From a virus, in IMG/VR virus record IMGVR_UViG_3300046787_000327, positions 1 through 64,000 of that record: a DNA stretch of 64,000 nt; one strand, given 5' to 3'. Shown in pieces: positions 5,686 through 14,451 of this stretch (within the stretch, counting starts at the first letter, position 1; each line of letters opens with the position of its first letter). The notes beneath the pieces are model-generated. The model did not search any database. It was not told where the DNA came from and saw nothing but the letters and a program-made list of their open reading frames with translations. The translations under genes and the position numbers were made by a program.

Positions 5686-6446
5686 TCAATCTCCTCATTA
5701 TACGTTACAGAGTATTCTCCTGTAAAGATCTCTGCATATGAAATTATATCAGACATGTAACGCTTCACCGTATTTACCCCGACTTTATCAGACATATACT
5801 TTTTGCCGTCGGCTAGAGGCTTGTGGATAAGTCCTTCTTTTTCAAAAGCATCATTTAGGGTTTGGATATATCTTTCCTTGCCAAATCTTTTCGATGCAAA
5901 TTCTTGTCGAAGGTATTTTCCACGGATCTCATCATCGGCTTTTTGTATTTCATCTGTATTCCAGATAACATAGGAAACAGCATCATGTTCCATCCGCTTA
6001 GACCAATTTCGCATATTGTCTCCGTACTTCTCCATGTTTCGGAGAGTAGAGTCGGAGAAAGCCATGCGTATTTTGTCATCAATGGATGTGGGCACCTCTG
6101 TTGCGAACGAAATTAAAAACGTCGTAGCGTATGGAAACTTTTCGTAATACTTGTCGACCTCATAGTGATGATTTGGATTAAATGATCTCTCTGCTGCGCC
6201 GTCGCTTAAAAGCCTCATATGATTTCCAATCGACACATAGTCCGAAGTATTCATATCTATATCGACGAAAAGACACTCTTTCGGATCGACCCCATCGGCG
6301 AGGCATAAAAGATTTTTATCATAAGTACCAACTACTGTTGAGCCATTGTAACGATTGAGTAACGCTGCCGACATAAAACCATCCATATCAGGGGAAATGA
6401 TCAATTTGTCCGAATAGGACAATGTGTCCAGTATGTCTGTTTTCAT
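5676..6446 (-). CDS. DHH-like phosphoesterase
   Basis: SPDMDG motif I, FVD motif II, GNH in place of DHH. Confidence 0.5.
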   Translation of the reverse strand: MKTDILDTLSYSDKLIISPDMDGFMSAALLNRYNGSTVVGTYDKNLLCLADGVDPKECLFVDIDMNTSDYVSIGNHMRLLSDGAAERSFNPNHHYEVDKYYEKFPYATTFLISFATEVPTSIDDKIRMAFSDSTLRNMEKYGDNMRNWSKRMEHDAVSYVIWNTDEIQKADDEIRGKYLRQEFASKRFGKERYIQTLNDAFEKEGLIHKPLADGKKYMSDKVGVNTVKRYMSDIISYAEIFTGEYSVTYNEEIEWK

Positions 6447-6476
6447 TTTTATAAAACTCCCCTTATAATGTATTTC

Positions 6477-6761
6477 ATGACTGCTCAAGAATGGCTTGGC
6501 CTTATTTTAACAACTTTGTCAATTGTAGCACTTATCGCAGGGGCTGTCAAACGATACATTGATGCAAGATTTGAGCCTATCAAGTGCGTTGTAGAAGAAA
6601 TCAGAGCAGAGACTAAGACAAACGGTGGATCTTCAATGCGTGATGAGATTAAGTTCATCAAAACCACCCAAACAGAACATATTAAGCGTCAAGAATTAAG
6701 TGACGAAAAATTAAATCACATGTACGAAGTTCTGCTAGACTATATTTCTACAAAACGATAG
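6477..6761 (+). CDS. Membrane protein (N-terminal TM plus coiled coil; holin/lysis-accessory-like)
   Basis: TM helix; NGGSSMRD motif typical of actinophage lysis-region proteins; TATAAT 7 nt upstream. Confidence 0.6.
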   Translation: MTAQEWLGLILTTLSIVALIAGAVKRYIDARFEPIKCVVEEIRAETKTNGGSSMRDEIKFIKTTQTEHIKRQELSDEKLNHMYEVLLDYISTKR

Positions 6762-6965
6762 ACTTCTGGTCTTTGATATATATAATTTATATTTAATATA
6801 AAAACCCTTTAGAGATAGTTTTCTTTTCTTTATATATTTAAAGTATACACCATCCAAACACTTGATGCTTTAGTACAAACTATAATAAATCGGACATTTA
6901 GGATTGTAACAATCTGATAACTTTTAAATATATGTCCGTTTTGTACTGATATGATATAATTTATA

Positions 6966-7014
6966 TACTACTATCAAGAACTGTTCTTCATACCCACCTT
7001 TCTTGATAGTAGTA
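6966..7014 (+). ncRNA. Candidate hairpin sRNA: 15-bp perfect stem, 19-nt loop complementary to SD+AUG
   Basis: TACTACTATCAAGAA/TTCTTGATAGTAGTA; own promoter TGATATAAT 6952-6960. Confidence 0.6.
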
Positions 7015-7041
7015 CTATTTTAGTGGTATAATCGTTCTATT

Positions 7042-7428
7042 ATGACAAGTTGCTGCAGTCCTGAAACCTTTGGTGCTGATCCTATTTCCATTAAGTGGAA
7101 TGTTGTTAGAGGAGACAAAGCATCTATCCGTATTGAGTTTTTAAATAACGATGAAGTAACTTACTTTGATATTTCTGACTGGTCATTTAAGTCACAGGCC
7201 TATGATCCTAAAACAGATATTATTGATGAATTAGAAGTTGTTGTTGGTGATGGATATGTAGATATTATTGCTCAACCTGAACTTAGTCAATACTGGGGAA
7301 CAGGCTATACATCAGTAGTTAGTGAATTAACCTTTGATTTAGAAGTTACCCTGGCTGACGAGACAGTCTGGACACCCGTTATCGGCGTTGTAAGGGTCTT
7401 AGGCGATGTTTCAGGAGGAAGTCTATAG
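7042..7428 (+). CDS. Virion Ig-like (BppU N-terminal-like) protein
   Basis: Beta-rich VRGD...FDL pattern; paralogs at 8275 and 16682. Confidence 0.55.
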   Translation: MTSCCSPETFGADPISIKWNVVRGDKASIRIEFLNNDEVTYFDISDWSFKSQAYDPKTDIIDELEVVVGDGYVDIIAQPELSQYWGTGYTSVVSELTFDLEVTLADETVWTPVIGVVRVLGDVSGGSL

Positions 7429-7430
7429 TC

Positions 7431-7517
7431 ATGGCTATCATTAAGGTCTCTAATACCCCAAAAAGCCTCCCAGCCGTTATTCGTATTAATGGAAAATCTT
7501 TTAAGGTAACAAAATAG
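7431..7517 (+). CDS. Small basic peptide (28 aa)
   Basis: Hand-translated; AGGAGG RBS. Confidence 0.5.
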   Translation: MAIIKVSNTPKSLPAVIRINGKSFKVTK

Positions 7518-7529
7518 GAAAGATAATCA

Positions 7530-8267
7530 ATGGCTATTTCAAAGAGCGTTGATTTTCCAGGTGCAAGCAAAAATAGTTATGCTGCCCAAGTACAACAAAA
7601 TAAAGAATCTACATCACAGGAAAATGCTTTGTCATTTTTACCAGTTCCTGGACCACAAGGACCACAAGGAAATCCAGGCAGAGATGGAAAAGATGGGATA
7701 CCTGGAAAAGAAGGATCTCAAGGCCCAGAAGGACCAAAGGGGGACAGGGGTGAGCGAGGGTATCCAGGTAAAGATGGAGAAAGTTCGTTATCTTCTTCTG
7801 GACAACAGGCAGGCTGGGCAAGTTACTCTAGTAATGACACCAAAGCAATTCGTCTTGGAGCAGACAAAGGTACAGATGGTTGGGTCGATGTATTTTTAGG
7901 AAAAACAGTAAAAGCAAATGAAGATTTTTTGCCAAAAGACTCAGTGAGCCTTTGGAATGAGCACAATAGGCTTCTAAACTTTAGAGGTCTGAAGATTGGT
8001 TCTCAAGTCTTTGTAACCTATAACTTTGATGTGACTACATTTTCTCCAAATACTGAAATCTGGCTAAGAACATTTTTCCCGTCAATTGACTTTGATGTGT
8101 CTCAATTCGTTGGTTCTTTTAAGTATCAGCACACATACTCTCTTTCTGTTACCCAGAAGGTTTTTGTAGAAAACAAGGAGGTCTGGGCAGCAGGTGCCAT
8201 ACCTCAGATCCGATCAGACTTTGATGCTTCAGCAATTCTTAATTCTATCTATGTCAGCGTGGTATAA
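7530..8267 (+). CDS. Collagen-like virion protein
   Basis: About 15 Gly-X-Y triplets (7650-7784) plus a C-terminal beta domain. Confidence 0.8.
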   Translation: MAISKSVDFPGASKNSYAAQVQQNKESTSQENALSFLPVPGPQGPQGNPGRDGKDGIPGKEGSQGPEGPKGDRGERGYPGKDGESSLSSSGQQAGWASYSSNDTKAIRLGADKGTDGWVDVFLGKTVKANEDFLPKDSVSLWNEHNRLLNFRGLKIGSQVFVTYNFDVTTFSPNTEIWLRTFFPSIDFDVSQFVGSFKYQHTYSLSVTQKVFVENKEVWAAGAIPQIRSDFDASAILNSIYVSVV

Positions 8268-8274
8268 TAAAACC

Positions 8275-8628
8275 ATGGCATTTCCAGGAGAACTAAACTT
8301 AACATACTACAAGGGTGATACCCAAGAATTTCGCATCTACCCAAGAAAAAATGATGGGTCTTCTTTTAACATGTCTGGATACACAGTTAAATTTTCTGTT
8401 GCAGAAAATAGAGGATCTTCCTCAGTTATTGAGTGTTATGCAGTTATTGACGGAGACAACTCAAATATAGTAAACTGTGCAATCCGTCCAGCAGATGGAG
8501 AACAACTTGTACCTGGAACCCAGTATGTTTATGATGTAGAAGTAAAGAAAACTAGCACCCCATATAATCTTGTTTACACAATTTTAACGGGCACAATCTC
8601 AGTTACTGATCAGGTTACTCAGGCATAA
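8275..8628 (+). CDS. Virion Ig-like (BppU N-terminal-like) protein
   Basis: YKGDT...YVYDVEV; leaderless start 6 nt after TGGTATAAT. Confidence 0.6.
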   Translation: MAFPGELNLTYYKGDTQEFRIYPRKNDGSSFNMSGYTVKFSVAENRGSSSVIECYAVIDGDNSNIVNCAIRPADGEQLVPGTQYVYDVEVKKTSTPYNLVYTILTGTISVTDQVTQA

Positions 8629-8630
8629 TT

Positions 8631-9209
8631 ATGACTAACCTATTGACAAATGATGATGTCACGGTTCTTGGTGGACCAGCGGAAATAACTGTCGATTTAG
8701 ATTTTGGACCAACTGGCAACAGGGGAAGTTATTGGATTGTTGGAAGTGGAAACCCTAATGACTCTGAAACTGAAATAGGTCAAACTCCACAGGTTCAAGA
8801 TATGTATCTTAACCTAAATCCAGAAGAAGGAGAGTACCTGTCTGTTTATCAATATCAAACTGGAATTGGAATTACCTCATGGGTAAAACTTGTTAATTTA
8901 ATCCCAAAAATTTCTAGTAAAAATGTATTGGCAGATTTTACAACTGGTTTAGCAACAATCAACTTACCCCTTGTTGGCATCGTTCCAGAAGCCAGCATTG
9001 GAACTCTAGTCGCAACTGACTTTAACATTCAACACTCTGTTGTAGGAACTGACTCCCCAGTGTCTTCTGGGCTATCCGTTGTTGGAATTACAACTGATAA
9101 TGGTGTTAGTGTTTTGCAGATTGAGGTCAGAGCAATCCAACAAGTAGATGGAGCCTGGGAAGAAATATCTGGACAGCAACTGATCCATTTGTTTATTTCC
9201 GTGGTATAA
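8631..9209 (+). CDS. Putative virion structural protein
   Basis: ORF; GPTGNRGS motif; context. Confidence 0.55.
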   Translation: MTNLLTNDDVTVLGGPAEITVDLDFGPTGNRGSYWIVGSGNPNDSETEIGQTPQVQDMYLNLNPEEGEYLSVYQYQTGIGITSWVKLVNLIPKISSKNVLADFTTGLATINLPLVGIVPEASIGTLVATDFNIQHSVVGTDSPVSSGLSVVGITTDNGVSVLQIEVRAIQQVDGAWEEISGQQLIHLFISVV

Positions 9210-9227
9210 TTTTGGGGGAGATGACTA

Positions 9228-9950
9228 ATGGCTGATAATATTAATTTAAATGGACCTTACAACACTAAGGTTCCTACCTATAGCCAGACTGCTGATATTC
9301 AAGAGGCATTAAAGTTATTTCTTTATGGCGAAGGAGATCTCCCAACGAATGCTTCTGAGATTGCTACCGTTTCTCTTGCTGGACATCTAAAAGCAATTGA
9401 AGACGACATTAGTGTTATCGATGCAAGAGGCGTTGGATCAGAAGTTCTTTCTACACAGCCAACTGGAGTTCCAGATGGTTTTATTTGGGTTGATTCAGTT
9501 GGTTCTGCACCAGCATTAAGTATTCCAGTATGGAAACTAAAAGGCAGTGGGTCTTTGTCTGGAGAATCATTATCAGTATCTTCACTCAATGGAGAAAAAC
9601 TATTTATTATATTAAAAGACTGGAGCCATGACAATTCTGGCTCAGTAGACTTCTCTTTAAGATTTAATTCAGATGCTGGTCCAAACTATGTTAATACTGG
9701 TGGTTTGATTTCTGCAAGCCATTTAAGTTCCCCAGAATTTCCAGCAAGCGGAACATACGATATGACAGTATCTGTTGATTTAGCAAATACAGAAGCAGCA
9801 TTAAAGCCAGTCTCTACAATTGCAGACATTGCAACAGGATCTTATTTTGGTTATTATAAGAACACAGCACCAATTACTTCTATTCAGATTATTCTTCCAT
9901 CAGGAACAGCATTTGATTCTGGATCATATGAAGTTTGGAGTTATGAATAA
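9228..9950 (+). CDS. Putative tail fibre/virion protein
   Basis: P...G.IWVD fibre motif; beta-rich C-terminus. Confidence 0.55.
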   Translation: MADNINLNGPYNTKVPTYSQTADIQEALKLFLYGEGDLPTNASEIATVSLAGHLKAIEDDISVIDARGVGSEVLSTQPTGVPDGFIWVDSVGSAPALSIPVWKLKGSGSLSGESLSVSSLNGEKLFIILKDWSHDNSGSVDFSLRFNSDAGPNYVNTGGLISASHLSSPEFPASGTYDMTVSVDLANTEAALKPVSTIADIATGSYFGYYKNTAPITSIQIILPSGTAFDSGSYEVWSYE

Positions 9951-10075
9951 TGGCTAAAGTAAAAACAACAGAAGAACAACTTCGTGAAACAGGGATTGCA
10001 AAACTTATTGCATCAACAGGAATTACAGAAGCAGAACTTAGAGCATTGGGGTTGACATCAGATGGCAACAATTAA
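9950..10075 (+). CDS. Small fibre-associated peptide (41 aa, ...GITEAELRALG)
   Basis: Hand-translated; TAATG overlap. Confidence 0.55.
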   Translation: MAKVKTTEEQLRETGIAKLIASTGITEAELRALGLTSDGNN

Positions 10076-12092
10076 TTCAGATGGAAAACTTGCCTATATT
10101 TATAATCAGGCTAACGATACTTGGTATGCAATCTCAGGTGCCGTAAATACTAATGCAGAATATACCTGGACATCTGATCAAGAGTTTGCAGCAGCAGTAA
10201 CATTTGACGCTGTAGCAATAGCAAAGGCTGGAGTAAACAATTTTCAAAACCCTACAGCAAGAGATGCAGCACTAACCTCTCCTACAAATGGAATTGTTTG
10301 TTTTGTTAGACAAAAAAATGACGGCACAGTTATAAATCAAGTTCAGTATTATTACAATGGTGAATGGAGATATATTAATGACTCTACCACTTTTGTTCCA
10401 GTAACAGCAGATTACACAGTTACAAAGGATGATACAGGAAAAACCCTTCTGGTTGATTCCTCGTCAGATATAACAATTACAATTCCATCAAATAGCACTA
10501 CAGCATTTGTTCGTGGACAAAAAATTGAAATTGTTAGAAATGGATCTGGCAAGGTTACAATTGCAAGTGCGCTGGTTAGTGGTACGCCTGTAGTAACAAT
10601 TAATAGCAAGTCATCTAATAAAGATCTTTCTTCACAATTTTCTAGTGCAACAATTACAAAAGTTGACACTAATACCTGGCTACTTACTGGAGATCTAACT
10701 GCTACAGTTACTCCAACTCCAGTTGCGCCTACCCCTACTCCTGTAGCACCAACCCCTGTAGCACCAACCCCTGTTGCACCTACACCAGTGGCTCCTACTC
10801 CTGTAGCACCAACCCCTGTTGCACCAACCCCTGTTGCACCAACCCCTGTTGCACCTACACCAGTTGCACCTACACCAGTTGCACCTACACCAGTTGCGCC
10901 AACGCCTGTAGCACCTACCTATGACATTTATGTAAGTTGCAACGGCTTTAGTGGTAACTACTCAGGTGCCTACGGCACAGCACCAGCAGATAACCCACCT
11001 TACAGTTATTTGAGCGGAACGACAACTCAACTAGGTCTTTCATCTGAACAGATTATTGCAATTGTTGGTATCCCAACCTCTTGTCAGGGAGTTAGCCCAA
11101 CACCTGTAGCACCAACTCCAACTCCTGTTTCACCAACTCCTGTTTCACCAACTCCTGTTTCACCAACGCCTGTTGCACCAACGCCTGTTGCACCAACGCC
11201 TACACCAGTGGCTACGACCTATGACATTTATGTAAGTTGCAACGGCTTTAGTGGTAACTACTCAGGTGCCTACGGTACAGCACCAGCAGATAACCCACCT
11301 TATAGTTACTTAAGTGGAACAACCACCCAGTTGGGTCTTTCATCTGCACAAATTATTGCAATTGTTGGTATCCCAACTTCTTGTCAAGGAGTTAGTCCTA
11401 CACCTGTAGCACCAACACCTACACCAGTTGCTCCTACTCCTGTAGCACCAACACCAGTGGCTCCTACACCAGTGGCTCCTACACCAGTGGCTCCAGTAGC
11501 AGTTGATCCTACACCTGTAGCACCAACACCAGTGGCTCCAGTAGCAGTTGATCCTACACCTGTTGCACCACCGTTCTTCCCGTACTTCATTCCTTGGTTC
11601 GGACCACCATGCGTTGAGGAGAACACTCTAGTGGATACTCCTAATGGACAGATTCCAGTTAAGAATCTTCAGGTAGGTGACGTAATTTGGTCAACACCAA
11701 TTGCTGAACTTGATCCTTCAGAACCAGACTGGCAGAAGTATGCTTGGAACTCTTCAAGCCTAACAACTGGCGAACTTGTTGAGACAACGATTACGGCACT
11801 TGACTCTGTAGAAGAATCAGATATTATCTGCTTCAATGGCAATGAAGACATTAGGCTAACATTTACTCAGCCAATGTTTGTTAAGACATCTGACGGTCAA
11901 TACAAGATTAAGGAAGCCTACTATGTTGAGGTTGGAGATAGCCTAATCGTTATCGACTCAGCAGGAGACACTGTTGAAGTTCCTGTCACAAGCATTGAAC
12001 ACTTCACGGACGAAGTAGTAACTGTTTATCAGTTATCTTGTGAGCCTTATGACTGGTTCTTTGTAAGCGGAATTTTAATTCACAACAAGTAG
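10062..12092 (+). CDS. Fibre-like protein with PTPVA repeats and a C-terminal Hint domain
   Basis: Three PTPVA tracts; duplicated 2-Cys domain; Hint C-V...L..GD...H-N-K-stop. Confidence 0.85.
   Translation: MATINSDGKLAYIYNQANDTWYAISGAVNTNAEYTWTSDQEFAAAVTFDAVAIAKAGVNNFQNPTARDAALTSPTNGIVCFVRQKNDGTVINQVQYYYNGEWRYINDSTTFVPVTADYTVTKDDTGKTLLVDSSSDITITIPSNSTTAFVRGQKIEIVRNGSGKVTIASALVSGTPVVTINSKSSNKDLSSQFSSATITKVDTNTWLLTGDLTATVTPTPVAPTPTPVAPTPVAPTPVAPTPVAPTPVAPTPVAPTPVAPTPVAPTPVAPTPVAPTPVAPTPVAPTYDIYVSCNGFSGNYSGAYGTAPADNPPYSYLSGTTTQLGLSSEQIIAIVGIPTSCQGVSPTPVAPTPTPVSPTPVSPTPVSPTPVAPTPVAPTPTPVATTYDIYVSCNGFSGNYSGAYGTAPADNPPYSYLSGTTTQLGLSSAQIIAIVGIPTSCQGVSPTPVAPTPTPVAPTPVAPTPVAPTPVAPTPVAPVAVDPTPVAPTPVAPVAVDPTPVAPPFFPYFIPWFGPPCVEENTLVDTPNGQIPVKNLQVGDVIWSTPIAELDPSEPDWQKYAWNSSSLTTGELVETTITALDSVEESDIICFNGNEDIRLTFTQPMFVKTSDGQYKIKEAYYVEVGDSLIVIDSAGDTVEVPVTSIEHFTDEVVTVYQLSCEPYDWFFVSGILIHNK
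10711..11570 (+). repeat. 15-nt PTPV(A/S) coding repeats with a 300-nt internal duplication
   Basis: Directly visible; duplicated unit starts at 10917 and 11217. Confidence 0.9.
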
Positions 12093-12097
12093 TCAAA

Positions 12098-12562
12098 GTG
12101 ATCATTAAGGGGTTCTTGACAGAAGAAGAGTGCAACGCATTTCTTTCAGAAGTCGAGGGAAATCCAGATTGGAAGCCTCAGAGTAAAGACACTGGAATAT
12201 ACATTCTTAAGTCAAGGAATCATAAATTGCTAGTTAATATTTATAAGCGAGTTTCCGAACTTTTTGAAAGCACTCTGCATGCTCAGATTATTAGGCTGAT
12301 ACATAAAACAGACAAGGCCTCTATTTGGGCAAGGCATTCAGACAATGCAGGCGGTAGTGAAATAAAGTACGGAGTAGTTATATATCTAAATGATAATTTT
12401 GAAGGCGGAGAACTTTATTACCCAAGCCTAGGTCTTACAATAAAGCCAGAGAAGGGAATGCTGGTTTATCATCCAGGAGATGAAGATCATGAGGTATTAA
12501 AGGTAGTGGCTGGAGAGCGGTACACCCTAACATCATTTATAAGAAGTCAAGGTAAAAAATAA
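12098..12562 (+). CDS. 2OG-Fe(II) oxygenase (prolyl 4-hydroxylase-like)
   Basis: HSD...YLNDNFEGGEL...H...R. Confidence 0.9.
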   Translation: MIIKGFLTEEECNAFLSEVEGNPDWKPQSKDTGIYILKSRNHKLLVNIYKRVSELFESTLHAQIIRLIHKTDKASIWARHSDNAGGSEIKYGVVIYLNDNFEGGELYYPSLGLTIKPEKGMLVYHPGDEDHEVLKVVAGERYTLTSFIRSQGKK

Positions 12563-12585
12563 AGTGTTTGGTGTATAATATAATT

Positions 12586-12831
12586 ATGTCAAATATAGTA
12601 AACAATATCAAGAAAATTGTTGACAACAACAAGGCCTCTGGTGTTAGCCCCATAGATATTTTTAAGCCAGAGACTGAGTGGCTAGATAGTGAGATGTCTG
12701 ATTCTCGTATTGCTATATGCAAGGCATGTCCAGAGTTGATTAAGTTGACAAAACAGTGTCGTAAATGTGGATGTTTTATGGCTATAAAAACTAAAATAGA
12801 AAAAGCATCATGTCCAATGGGGAAGTGGTAG
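12586..12831 (+). CDS. DUF6171-like Cys-rich protein
   Basis: Same motif as 5491-5685; leaderless start. Confidence 0.7.
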   Translation: MSNIVNNIKKIVDNNKASGVSPIDIFKPETEWLDSEMSDSRIAICKACPELIKLTKQCRKCGCFMAIKTKIEKASCPMGKW

Positions 12832-12832
12832 T

Positions 12833-13408
12833 ATGAAAGATCCATATTTATTAAAAAATGTTCTTCCACCAAAAGAGCATAAAGAGTTGCAAGACTTGGC
12901 TTTGCATATATGGTCAACAGACAAGAGCACATTTGATGACGGCTTTGGCAGACACCAATGGGCAATTTGGGATGGTACGCACAAAGAAAATATAGAACCA
13001 CTTAGAAAGTTCCATGAAATGCTTTTGCCTCTTGCAAGAGAAGAATTTGAGTCAGATACTCTAGTACCATCTTGGTGCCTTATAAGTATTTATGAGGGGG
13101 AAAAGGCAAGGCTCTGGAAACATAAAGATGACAATGCCTGTACATATCATATAAATTATACAATTTTTCACAAGACGCCATGGGATTTTTATGTGGAAGG
13201 AATTAAGTTTCAGCCAGAAGCCAACGATGCCGTTCTTTCATATGGGAATGACCAAGAGCATTGGAGAGAAGAGTTCCCCAATCCAGAAACAAACCTAGTT
13301 GCTAACGCTTTCTTTTTTTATACTGAGCCAGACCACTGGTTCTTTACAGAAGGCCCTCAATACTTATACACAAACATTAGAGCAAATAAAGATGAGCAGG
13401 GTATGTAG
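12833..13408 (+). CDS. 2OG-Fe(II) oxygenase (divergent, HKD...HWRE type)
   Basis: HxD and distal H; jelly-roll pattern. Confidence 0.75.
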   Translation: MKDPYLLKNVLPPKEHKELQDLALHIWSTDKSTFDDGFGRHQWAIWDGTHKENIEPLRKFHEMLLPLAREEFESDTLVPSWCLISIYEGEKARLWKHKDDNACTYHINYTIFHKTPWDFYVEGIKFQPEANDAVLSYGNDQEHWREEFPNPETNLVANAFFFYTEPDHWFFTEGPQYLYTNIRANKDEQGM

Positions 13409-13410
13409 TA

Positions 13411-14451
13411 ATGGGGAAAATTTTTTATCAACTCTACCAACCCTGCGGACTATTCAATCAAATGACAAGTTTAGAGGTTGCAGTTGGTTTAGCCAGCAGA
13501 TATAAAAAAGATTTAGTGTTTCATAATATCAGTAATCCATCAGATCGAAACTATAATAATAGGAGCGTTCCCATATACTCTGCAAACTATGCATTTAATG
13601 ATAGAAAAGGGTTAATAGATTCAGATGTATTTCCAAGAATATCAGATCTAGTTGACTGGGAAAACAAGAATTCTCAAAGCCTCATTGATACTAAGATTTC
13701 TTATTTTAAAGGCGAAGATTTTAGAGTAGATAATTTGATGGAGTATTATTCAGTTAAGCCAAAAGATAGTTTAGAAAATGAAGAGTCGTTTTCTGAGGGC
13801 AGACAAAGGATAGACCTAACTAATTATAATAACATCCATCTTAGAAAAACTCTTGGATATTACAGCAGGTTCTTTTTTAACAGAGATGCGAAACTAGATA
13901 AAAGTTTAGCATCTGTAAGATTTAAGCCAGAATATTATGAACTAGCAGAACTAGTTGCAAAATCTATTGGAGATTTTAACGGAGTTCACTTTAGGCTAAC
14001 AGACCATAAGGGTATGTTTGATCCAGATAATAATATTTTAGATTCTGGTATAAACCAAATTGATAGTGGTCTTCCCATTGTTATGTGTACTGATCAACCA
14101 GAAAGTAAACTCATTAAAGAGTCTACTTATAACTATTTATTATTAGATGACTATATTTTAAATAATTTTTATAAAGAATTTAGGCAGTTTAAGTTTAAAG
14201 AAGAAGTTTCTTTTGGAATACTAAATAACTTAGTTATGCATTACAGCAACAATTTTATTGGTAGTCCAGGAAGCACTTTTACTGGGTATATTCATAGAGG
14301 AATAAATCAAAAAAGAGATATCAGTTGGAAAGTTTTTGGAGAAACGGAGCATGTTCAAAACGGTCCATACTCCTGGAATGGCTATGATGTTAAAGATAGC
14401 CTTACAAAGCAATGGTGGAGAGAATGGAAAGAGTCGAGGCTAGCAATATGA
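13411..14451 (+). CDS. O-fucosyltransferase-like glycosyltransferase (GT-B; GT23/65/68-like)
   Basis: GLFNQ, VHFRxxD, FIGSPGSTFT motifs. Confidence 0.75.
   Translation: MGKIFYQLYQPCGLFNQMTSLEVAVGLASRYKKDLVFHNISNPSDRNYNNRSVPIYSANYAFNDRKGLIDSDVFPRISDLVDWENKNSQSLIDTKISYFKGEDFRVDNLMEYYSVKPKDSLENEESFSEGRQRIDLTNYNNIHLRKTLGYYSRFFFNRDAKLDKSLASVRFKPEYYELAELVAKSIGDFNGVHFRLTDHKGMFDPDNNILDSGINQIDSGLPIVMCTDQPESKLIKESTYNYLLLDDYILNNFYKEFRQFKFKEEVSFGILNNLVMHYSNNFIGSPGSTFTGYIHRGINQKRDISWKVFGETEHVQNGPYSWNGYDVKDSLTKQWWREWKESRLAI

Noticed and set aside
10711-11570. Tandem repeats as a CRISPR array
   Set aside because: In-frame coding repeats with wobble variation and no unique spacers; no cas genes
11610-12092. 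Hint domains as mobile splicing inteins
   Set aside because: C-terminal position, no C-extein nucleophile, no homing endonuclease
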